This document shows, piece by piece, positions 1-11,550 of a stretch of 64,000 nucleotides of DNA (position 1 is the first letter of the stretch; each line of letters starts with the position of its first letter). This DNA comes from Eledone cirrhosa. Taxonomy: Eukaryota. Under the pieces are notes generated by a model that was not told where the DNA came from, did no database searches, and saw nothing but the letters and a program-made list of their open reading frames with translations. Where the stretch lies: assembly GCA_964016885.1 (NCBI GenBank), contig CAXHJY010001327.1, positions 62,001-126,000 on the forward strand. The letters run 5' to 3'. The translations under genes were made by a program, and so were the position numbers.

Positions 1-406
1 AAAATAGTATTATAATACTGTGGAACTTTGGTGAACCTATTTGGTTAACCAAACTTAATAAAATACTATTTATAATACTGTGGAACTTTGGTTAACCTCA
101 CTTAATAAAATAGCAACATAAAACTGTGGAATTTGGTTAACCTAACTTAATAAAATACCAATATAATACTGTGGAACTTTTGTTAACCTAACTTAATAAA
201 ATACTATTATAATACTGTGGAACTTTTGTTAACCTAACTTAATAAAATACTATTATAATACTGTGGAACTTTTGTTAACCTAACTTAATAAAATACTATT
301 ATAATACTGTGGAACTTTTGTTAACCTAACTTAATAAAATACTATTATAATACTGTGGAAGTTTGGTTAACCAAACTTAATAAAATACCATTATAATACT
401 GTGGAA

Positions 407-576
407 CCACAGTATTATAATGGTATTTTATTAAGTTAGGTTAATCAAAGCTCCAGAGTATTATAATTGTTTCCACTTTTGGCACAAGGCCATCAATTAC
501 CCAGTACATTACTGATAAAATAAAGTACAAGTAATGTACTGAGTATTTGATGGCCTTGTGCCAAAAGTGGAAACAA
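407..576. repeat. Fold-back/palindrome cassette copy 1 (subtype A): 60-bp inverted satellite 407-466 plus 110-bp palindromic core 467-576
   Basis: GTGG-AA-CCAC turn. Core left arm TTGTTTCCACTTTTGGCACAAGGCCATCAATTACCCAGTACATTACT (467-513) pairs with 530-576 with 2 mismatches. Subtype marker AAAGCTCCAGAG. Confidence 0.97.
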
Positions 577-1789
577 TTATAATACTGTGGAACTCTGGTT
601 AACCTAACTTAATAAAATACTATTATAATACTGTGGAACTTTGGTTAACCTAACTAAATAAAATACTATTATAATACTGTGGAACTTTGGTTAACCTAAC
701 TTAATAAAATACCATTATAATACTGTGGCACTTTGGTTAACCTAACTTAATAAAATACTATTATAATACTGTGGAACTTTGGTTAACCTAACTTAATAAA
801 ATACTATAATAATACTGTGGAACTTTGGTTAACCTAACTTAATAAAATACCATTATAATACTGTGGCACTTTGGTTAATCTAACTTAATAAAATACTATT
901 ATAATACTGTGGAACTTTGGTTAACCTAACTTAATAAAATACTATTATAATGCTGTGGAACTTTCGTTAACCTATCTTAATAAAATACCAATATAATACT
1001 GCGGAACATTGGTTAACCTAACTTAATAAAATATTATTATAATACTGTGGAACTTTGGTTAACCTAACTTAATAAAATACTAATATAATACTGCGGAACA
1101 ATGGTTAACCTAACTTAATAAAATACGAATATAATACTGCGGAACTTTGGTTAACCTAACTTAATAAAATATTAATATAATACTGCGGAACATTGGTTAA
1201 CCTAACTTAATAAAATACCAATATAACACTGCGGAACTTTGGTTAACCTAACTTAATAAAATACTAATATAATACTGCGGAACATTGGTTGATGTAACTT
1301 AATAAAATACTATTTATAATACTGTGGGACCTTGTTTAACCTAACTTAATAAAATACTATTATAATACTGTGTAACTTTGGTTAACCTAACTTAATAAAA
1401 TACCAATATAATACTGTGCAACCTTGGTTAACCTAACTTAATAAAATACTATTATAATACTGTGGAACTTTGGTTAACCTAACTTAATAAAATACTATTA
1501 TAATACTGTGGAACTTTGGTTAACCTAACTTAATAAAATATCAATATAATACTGTGGAATGTTGGTTAACCTAACTTAATAAAATACTATTATAATACTG
1601 TGGAACTTTGGTTAACCGAACTTAATAAAATACTATTATAATACTGTGGAACTTTTGTTAACCTAACTTAATAAAATACTATTATAATACTGTGGAACAT
1701 TGGTTAACCTAACTTAATAAAATACTATTATAATACTGTGGAAGTTTGGTTAACCAAACTTCATAAAATACCATTATAATACTGTGAAA

Positions 1790-1959
1790 CCACAGTATTA
1801 TAATGGTATTTTATTAAGTTAGGTTAATGAAAGTTCCACAGTATTATAATTGTTTCCACTTTTGGCACAAGGCCATCAATTACCCAGTACATTACTGATA
1901 AAATAAAGTACAAGTAATGTACTGAGTATTTGATGGCCTTGTGCCAAAAGTGGAAACAA
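1790..1959. repeat. Cassette copy 2 (subtype B)
   Basis: Same structure. Markers GTGAAACCAC turn and TAATGAAAGTTCC. Confidence 0.96.
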
Positions 1960-3474
1960 TTATAATACTGTGGAACTTTGGTTAACCTAACTTAATAAAA
2001 TACCATTATAATGCTGTGGCACTTTGGTTAACCTAACTTAATAAAATACTATTACAATACTGCGGAACCTTGGTTAACCTAACTTAATAAAATACCATTA
2101 TAACACTGTGGAACTTTGGTTAACATAACTTAATAAAATACGAATATAAAACTGCGGAACTTTGGTTAACCTAACTTAATAAAATACTAATATAATACTG
2201 CGGAACTTTGGTTAATCTAACTTAATAGAATACCATTCTAATACTGTGGAACTTTGGTTAACCTAACTTAATAAAATGCTATCATAATACTGTGGAACCT
2301 TGGTTAACCTAACTTAATAAAATACCATTATAATACTGTGGAACTTTGGTTAACCTAACTTAATAAAATACCAATATAATACTGTGCAACCTTGGTTAAC
2401 CTAACTTAATAAAATACTATTATAATACTGTGGAACCTTGGTTAACCTAACTTAATAAAATACTCTTATAATACTGTGGAACTTTGGTTAACCTAACTTA
2501 ATAAAATACCAATATAATACTGTGGAACTTTGGTTAACCTAACAATAAAATACTATTATAATACTGTGGAACTTTGGTTAACCTAACTTAATAAAATACT
2601 ATTATAATACTGTGGAACTTTGGTTAACCTAACTTAATAAAATACCATTATAATACTGTGGAACTTTGGTTAACCTAACTTAATAAAATACTATCATAAT
2701 ACTGTGGAACTTTGGTTAACCTAACTTAATAGAATACCATTCTAATACTGTGGAACTTTGGTTAACCTAACTTAATAAAATACTATAATAATACTGTGGA
2801 ACTTTGGTTAACCTAACTTAATAAAATACCATTATAATACTGTGGAACCTTGATTAACCTAACTTAATAGAATACCATTCTAATACTGTGGAACTTTGGT
2901 TAATCAAATTAATAAAATACTATTTATAATACCGTGGAACCTTTTTGGTTAACCTAACTTAATAAAATACTATTATAATACTGTGGAACTTTAGTTAACC
3001 TATTTGGTTAACCTAACTTAATAAAATACTATTATAATAGTGTGGAACCTTGGTTAACCTAACTTAATAAAATACTATTATAATACTGTGGAAGTTTGGT
3101 TAACCAAACTTAATAAAATAGTATTATAATACTGTGGAACTTTGGTGAACCTATTTGCTTAACCAAACTTAATAAAATACTATTTATAATACTGTGGAAC
3201 TTTGGTTAACCTCACTTAATAAAATAGCAACATAAAACTGTGGAATTTGGTTAACCTAACTTAATAAAATACCAATATAATACTGTGGAACTTTTGTTAA
3301 CCTAACTTAATAAAATACTATTATAATACTGTGGAACTTTTGTTAACCTAACTTAATAAAATACTATTATAATACTGTGGAACTTTTGTTAACCTAACTT
3401 AATAAAATACTATTATAATACTGTGGAAGTTTGGTTAACCAAACTTAATAAAATACCATTATAATACTGTGGAA

Positions 3475-3644
3475 CCACAGTATTATAATGGTATTTTATT
3501 AAGTTAGGTTAATCAAAGCTCCAGAGTATTATAATTGTTTCCACTTTTGGCACAAGGCCATCAATTACCCAGTATATTACTGATAAAATAAAGTACAAGT
3601 AATGTACTGAGTATTTGATGGCCTTGTGCCAAAAGTGGAAACAA
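3475..3644. repeat. Cassette copy 3 (subtype A)
   Basis: Same structure. AAAGCTCCAGAG marker and private CAGTATATT change. Confidence 0.96.
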
Positions 3645-4812
3645 TTATAATACTGTGGAACTTTGGTTAACCTAACTTAATAAAATACCATTCTAATACT
3701 GTGGAACTTTGGTTAACCTAACTTAATAAAATACTATTATAATACTGTGGAACTTTGGTTAACCTAACTTAATAAAATACTATTATAATACTGTGGAACT
3801 TTGGTTAACCTAACTAAATAAAATACTATTATAATACTGTGGAACTTTGGTTAACCTAACTTAATAAAATACCATTATAATACTGTGGCACTTTGGTTAA
3901 CCTAACTTAATAAAATACTATTATAATACTGTGGAACTTTGGTTAACCTAACTTAATAAAATACTATTATAATACTGTGGAACTTTGGTTAACCTAACTT
4001 AATAAAATACCATTATAATACTGTGGCACTTTGGTTAACCTAACTTAATAAAATACTATTATAATACTGTGGAACTTTGGTTAACCTAACTTAATAAAAT
4101 ACTATTATAATGCTGTGGAACTTTCGTTAACCTATCTTAATAAAATACCAATATAATACTGCGGAACATTGGTTAACCTAACTTTAATAAAATATTATTA
4201 TAATACTGTGGAACTTTGGTTAACCTAACTTAATAAAATACTAATATAATACTGCGGAACAATGGTTAACCTAACTTAATAAAATACGAATATAATACTG
4301 CGGAACTTTGGTTAACCTAACTTAATAAAATATTAATATAATACTGCGGAACATTGGTTAACCTAACTTAATAAAATACTAATATAATACTGCGGAACAT
4401 TGGTTGATGTAACTTAATAAAATACTATTTATAATACTGTGGGACCTTGGTTTACCTAACTTAATAAAATACTATTATAATACTGTGTAACTTTGGTTAA
4501 CCTAACTTAATAAAATACCAATATAATACTGTGCAACCTTGGTTAACCTAACTTAATAAAATACTATTATAATACTGTGGAACTTTGGTTAACCTAACTT
4601 AATAAAATATCAATATAATACTGTGGAATGTTGGTTAACCTAACTTAATAAAATACTATTATAATACTGTGGAACTTTGGTTAACCGAACTTAATAAAAT
4701 ACTATTATAATACTGTGGAACTTTTGTTAACCTAACTTAATAAAATACTATTATAATACTGTGGAACATTGGTTAACCAAACTTCATAAAATACCATTAT
4801 AATACTGTGAAA

Positions 4813-4982
4813 CCACAGTATTATAATGGTATTTTATTAAGTTAGGTTAATGAAAGTTCCACAGTATTATAATTGTTTCCACTTTTGGCACAAGGCCATC
4901 AATTACCCAGTACATTACTGATAAAATAAAGTACAAGTAATGTACTGAGTATTTGATGGCCTTGTGCCAAAAGTGGAAACAA
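4813..4982. repeat. Cassette copy 4 (subtype B)
   Basis: GTGAAACCAC and TAATGAAAG markers. Confidence 0.96.
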
Positions 4983-7900
4983 TTATAATACTGTGGAACT
5001 TTGGTTAACCTAACTTAATAAAATACCATTATAATGCTGTGGCACTTTGGTTAACCTAACTTAATAAAATACTATTACAATACTGCGGAACCTTGGTTAA
5101 CCTAACTTAATAAAATACCATTATAACACTGTGGAACTTTGGTTAACATAACTTAATAAAATACCAATATAATACTGTGGAACTTTGGTTAACCTAACTT
5201 AATAAAATACTAATATAATACTGCGGAACATTGGTTAACCTAACTTAATAAAATACGAATATAAAACTGCGGAACTTTGGTTAACCTAACTTAATAAAAT
5301 ACTAATATAATACTGCGGAACTTTGGTTAATCTAACTGAATAGAATACCATTCTAATACTGTGGAACTTTGGTTAACCTAACTTAATAAAATGCTATCAT
5401 AATACTGTGGAACCTTGGTTAACCTAACTTAATAAAATACCATTATAATACTGTGGAACTTTGGTTAACCTAACTTAATAAAATAATATTATAATACTGT
5501 GGGACCTTGGTTAACCTAACTTAATAAAATACTATTATAATACTGTGTAACTTTGGTTAACCTAACTTAATAAAATACCAATATAATACTGTGCAACCTT
5601 GGTTAACCTAACTTAATAAAATACTATTATAATACTGTGGAACCTTGGTTAACCTAACTTAATAAAATACTCTTATAATACTGTGGAACTTTGGTTAACC
5701 TAACGTAATAAAATACCATTATAATACTGTGGAACTTTGGTTAACAAAACTTAATAAAATACTATTATAATAATGTGGAACTTTGGTTAACCTAACTTAA
5801 TAAAATACCATTATAATACTGTGGAACCTTGATTAACCTAACTTAATAGAATACCATTCTAATACTTTGGAACTTTGGTTAATCAAACTTAATAAAATAC
5901 TATTTATAATACCGTGGATCCTTTTTTGTTAACCTAACTTAATAAAATACTATTATAATACTGTGGAACTTTAGTTAACCTATTTGGTTAACCTAACTTA
6001 ATAAAATACTATTATAATAGTGGAACTTTGGTTAACCTAACTTAATAAAATACTATTTATAATACTGTGGAACCTTTGTTAACCTAACTTAATAAAATAC
6101 TATTATAATACTGTGGAACTTTGGTTAACCTAACTTAATAAAATACCAATATAATACTGTGGAACTTTGGTTAACCTAACAATAAAATACTATTATAATA
6201 CTGTGGAACTTTGGTTAACCTAACTTAATAAAATACCATTATAACACTGTGGAACTTTGGTTAACATAACTTAATAAAATACCAATATAATACTGTGGAA
6301 CTTTGGTTAACCTAACTTAATAAAATACTAATATAATACTGCGGAACATTGGTTAACCTAACTTAATAAAATACGAATATAAAACTGCGGAACTTTGGTT
6401 AACCTAACTTAATAAAATACTAATATAATACTGCGGAACTTTGGTTAATCTAACTGAATAGAATACCATTCTAATACTGTGGAACTTTGGTTAACCTAAC
6501 TTAATAAAATGCTATCATAATACTGTGGAACCTTGGTTAACCTAACTTAATAAAATACTATTATAATACTGTGTAACTTTGGTTAACCTAACTTAATAAA
6601 ATACCAATATAATACTGTGCAACCTTGGTTAGCCTAACTTAATAAAATACTATTATAATACTGTGGAACTTTGGTTAACCTAACTTAATAAAATACCATT
6701 ATAATACTGTGGAACTTTAGTTAACCTAACTTAATAAAATACTATTATAATACTGTGGAACATTGGTTAACCTAACTTAATAGATTACCATTCTAATACT
6801 GTGGAAGTTTGGTTAAACAAACTTAATAAAATACTATTTATAATACCATGGAACCTTTTTGGTTAACCTAACTTAATAGAATACTATTATAATACTGTGG
6901 AACTTTGGTTAACCTATTTGGTTAACTTAACTCAAAATTCTAATACAATACTGCGGAACCTTGGTTAACCTAACTTAATAAAATACTATTATAATACTGT
7001 GGAACCTTGGTTAACCTAACTTAATAAAATACTATTGTAATACTGTGGAACTTTGGTTAACTTAACGTAATAAAATACTATTTATAATACCATGGAACCT
7101 TTTTGGTTAATCTAACTTAATAAAATACTATAATAATACTGTGGAACTTTGGTTAACCTAACTTAATAAAATACCATTATAATACTGTGGAACCTTGATT
7201 AACCTAACTTAATAGAATACCATTCTAATACTGTGGAACTTTGGTTAATCAAATTAATAAAATACTATTTATAATACCGTGGAACCTTTTTGGTTAACCT
7301 AACTTAATAAAATACTATTATAATACTGTGGAACTTTAGTTAACCTATTTGGTTAACCTAACTTAATAAAATACTATTATAATAGTGTGGAACCTTGGTT
7401 AACCTAACTTAATAAAATACTATTATAATACTGTGGAACTTTGGTTAACCTAACTTAATAAAATACCAATATAATACTGTGGAACTTTGGTTAATCTAAC
7501 AATAAAATACTATTATAATACTGTGGAACTTTGGTTAACCTAACTTAATAAAATACTATTATAATACTGTGGAACTTTGGTTAACCTAACTTAATAAAAT
7601 ACCATTATAATACTGTGGAACCTTGGTTAACCTAACTTAATAAAATACTATCATAATACTGTGGAACTTTGGTTAACCTAACTTAATAGAATACCATTCT
7701 AATACTGTGGAACTTTGGTTAACCTAACTTAATAAAATACTATCATAATACTGTGGAACTTTGGTTAACCTAACTTAATAAAATACTAATATAATACTGC
7801 GGAACATTGGTTAACCTAACTTAATAAAATACGAATATAATACGGTGGCACTTTGGTTAACCTAACTTAATAAAATACCATTATAATACTGTGGAACTTT

Positions 7901-8508
7901 AGTTAACCTAACTTAATAAAATACCATTATAATACTGTGGAACATTGGTTAACCTAACTTAATAGATTACCATTCTAATACTGTGGAAGTTTGGTTAAAC
8001 AAACTTAATAAAATACTATTTATAATACCATGGAACCTTTTTGGTTAACCTAACTTAATAGAATACTATTATAATACTGTGGAACTTTGGTTAACCTATT
8101 TGGTTAACTTAACTCAAAATTCTAATACAATACTGCGGAACCTTGGTTAACCTAACTTAATAAAATACTATTATAATACTGTGGAACCTTGGTTAACCTA
8201 ACTTAATAAAATACTATTTATAATACTGTGGAACTTTGGTTAACCTCACTTAATAAAATAGCAATATAAAACTGTGGAATTTGGTTAACCTAACTTAATA
8301 AAATACCAATATAATACTGTGGAACTTTTGTTAACCTAACTTAATAAAATACTATTATAATACTGTGGAACTTTTGTTAACCTAACTTAATAAAATACTA
8401 TTATAATACTGTGGAACTTTTGTTAACCTAACTTAATAAAATACTATCATAATACTGTGGAAGTTTGGGTAACCAAACTTAATAAAATACCATCATAATA
8501 CTGTGGAA

Positions 8509-8678
8509 CCACAGTATTATAATGGTATTTTATTAAGTTAGGTTAATCAAAGCTCCAGAGTATTATAATTGTTTCCACTTTTGGCACAAGGCCATCAATT
8601 ACCCAGTACATTACTGATAAAATAAAGTACAAGTAATGTACTGAGTATTTGATGGCCTTGTGCCAAAAGTGGAAACAA
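8509..8678. repeat. Cassette copy 5 (subtype A)
   Basis: AAAGCTCCAGAG marker. Confidence 0.96.
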
Positions 8679-10917
8679 TTATAATACTGTGGAACTCTGG
8701 TTAACCTAACTTAATAAAATACTATTATAATACTGTGGAACTTTGGTTAACCTAACTTAATAAAATACTATTATAATACTGTGGAACTTTGGTTAACCTA
8801 ACTAAATAAAATACTATTATAATACTGTGGAACTTTGGTTAACCTAACTTAATAAAATACCATTATAATACTGTGGCACTTTGGTTAACCTAACTTAATA
8901 AAATACTATTATAATACTGTGGAACTTTGGTTAACCTAACTTAATAAAATACTATTATAATACTGTGGAACTTTGGTTAACCTAACTTAATAAAATACCA
9001 TTATAATACTGTGGCACTTTGGTTAACCTAACTTAATAAAATACTATTATAATACTGTGGAACTTTGGTTAACCTAACTTAATAAAATACTATTATAATG
9101 CTGTGGAACTTTCGTTAACCTATCTTAATAAAATACCAATATAATACTGCGGAACATTGGTTAACCTAACTTAATAAAATATTATTATAATACTGTGGAA
9201 CTTTGGTTAACCTAACTTAATAAAATACTAATATAATACTGCGGAACAATGGTTAACCTAACTTAATAAAATACGAATATAATACTGCGGAACTTTGGTT
9301 AACCTAACTTAATAAAATATTAATATAATACTGCGGAACATTGGTTAACCTAACTTAATAAAATACCAATATAACACTGCGGAACTTTGGTTAACCTAAC
9401 TTAATAAAATACTAATATAATACTGCGGAACATTGGTTGATGTAACTTAATAAAATACTATTTATAATACTGTGGGACCTTGGTTAACCTAACTTAATAA
9501 AATACTATTATAATACTGTGTAACTTTGGTTAACCTAACTTAATAAAATACCAATATAATACTGTGCAACCTTGGTTAACCTAACTTAATAAAATACTAT
9601 TATAATACTGTGGAACTTTGGTTAACCTAACTTAATAAAATACTATTATAATACTGTGGAACTTTGGTTAACCTAACTTAATAAAATATCAATATAATAC
9701 TGTGGAATGTTGGTTAACCTAACTTAATAAAATACTATTATAATACTGTGGAACTTTGGTTAACCGAACTTAATAAAATACTATTATAATACTGTGGAAC
9801 TTTTGTTAACCTAACTTAATAAAATACTATTATAATACTGTGGAACATTGGTTAACCTAACTTAATAAAATACTATTATAATACTGTGGAACTTTGGTTA
9901 ACCTAACTTAATAAAATACTATCATAATACTGTGGAACTTTGGTTAACCTAACTTAATAAAATACTAATATAATACTGCGGAACATTGGTTAACCTAACT
10001 TAATAAAATACGAATATAATACGGCGGCACTTTGGTTAACCTAACTTAATAAAATACCATTATAATACTGTGGAACTTTAGTTAACCTAACTTAATAAAA
10101 TACCATTATAATACTGTGGAACATTGGTTAACCTAACTTAATAGATTACCATTCTAATACTGTGGAAGTTTGGTTAAACAAACTTAATAAAATACTATTT
10201 ATAATACCATGGAACCTTTTTGGTTAACCTAACTTAATAGAATACTATTATAATACTGTGGAACTTTGGTTAACCTATTTGGTTAACTTAACTCAAAATT
10301 CTAATACAATACTGCGGAACCTTGGTTAACCTAACTTAATAAAATACTATTATAATACTGTGGAACCTTGGTTAACCTAACTTAATAAAATACTATTTAT
10401 AATACTGTGGAACTTTGGTTAACCTCACTTAATAAAATAGCAATATAAAACTGTGGAATTTGGTTAACCTAACTTAATAAAATACCAATATAATACTGTG
10501 GAACTTTTGTTAACCTAACTTAATAAAATACTATTATAATACTGTGGAACTTTTGTTAACCTAACTTAATAAAATACTATTATAATACTGTGGAACTTTT
10601 GTTAACCTAACTTAATAAAATACTATTATAATACTGTGGAAGTTTGGTTAACCAAACTTAATAAAATAGTATTATAATACTGTGGAACTTTGGTGAACCT
10701 ATTTGGTTAACCAAACTTAATAAAATACTATTTATAATACTGTGGAACTTTGGTTAACCTCACTTAATAAAATACCAATGTAATACTGTGGAACTTTGGT
10801 TAACCTAACTTAATAAAATACCAATATAATACTGTGGAACTTTGGTTAACCTAACTTAATAAAATACTATTATAATACTGTGGAACTTTTAACCTAACTT
10901 AATAAAATACTGTGGAA

Positions 10918-11087
10918 CCACAGTATTATAATGATATTTTATTAAGTTAAGTTAATCAAAGTTCCACAGTATTATAATTGTTTCCACTTTTGGCACAAGG
11001 CCATCAATTACCCAGTACATTACTGATAAAATAAAGTACAAGTAATGTACTGAGTATTTGATGGCCTTGTGCCAAAAGTGGAAACAA
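10918..11087. repeat. Cassette copy 6 (subtype C)
   Basis: ATGATATTTTATTAAGTTAAGTT marker in the inverted arm. Confidence 0.96.
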
Positions 11088-11380
11088 TTATAATACTGTG
11101 GAACTTTGGTTAACCTAACTTAATAAAATACTATTTATAATACTGTGGGACCTTGGTTAAGCCAACTTAATAAAATACTATTACAATACTGTGGAACTTT
11201 GGTTAACTTAACTTAATAAAATACTATTATAATACTGTGGAACTTTGGTTAACCTAACTTAATAAAATACTAATATAATACTGTGGAACATTGGTTAACC
11301 TAACTTAATAAAATACCATTATAATACTGTGGAACTTTGGTTAACATAACTTAATAAAATACCATTATAATACTGTGGAA

Positions 11381-11550
11381 CCACAGTATTATAATGATAT
11401 TTTATTAAGTTAAGTTAATCAAAGTTCCACAGTATTATAATTGTTTCCACTTTTTGCACAAGGCCATCAATTACCCAGTACATTACTGATAAAATAAAGT
11501 ACAAGTAATGTACTGAGTATTTGATGGCCTTGTGCCAAAAGTGGAAACAA
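11381..11550. repeat. Cassette copy 7 (subtype C)
   Basis: Same marker as copy 6, 463 bp downstream of it. Confidence 0.96.

Noticed and set aside
289-306. TATAAT promoter-like boxes and AATAAA polyadenylation-like signals
   Set aside because: Both occur in nearly every monomer as a result of AT-rich composition, with no associated gene.
467-576. tRNA, riboswitch, Rho-independent terminator or pre-miRNA call for the core
   Set aside because: No cloverleaf or recognisable family motif and no upstream gene. A near-perfect hairpin in repeat DNA is not sufficient evidence for a miRNA.
467-576. Integron attC site or bacterial REP/iteron element
   Set aside because: No gene cassettes, integrase or rep gene, and the context is pure satellite.
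407-576. Sequencing fold-back chimera or adapter artefact
   Set aside because: The same junctions recur 24 times with subtype substitutions that co-segregate with flanking monomer variants, which random read artefacts would not produce.
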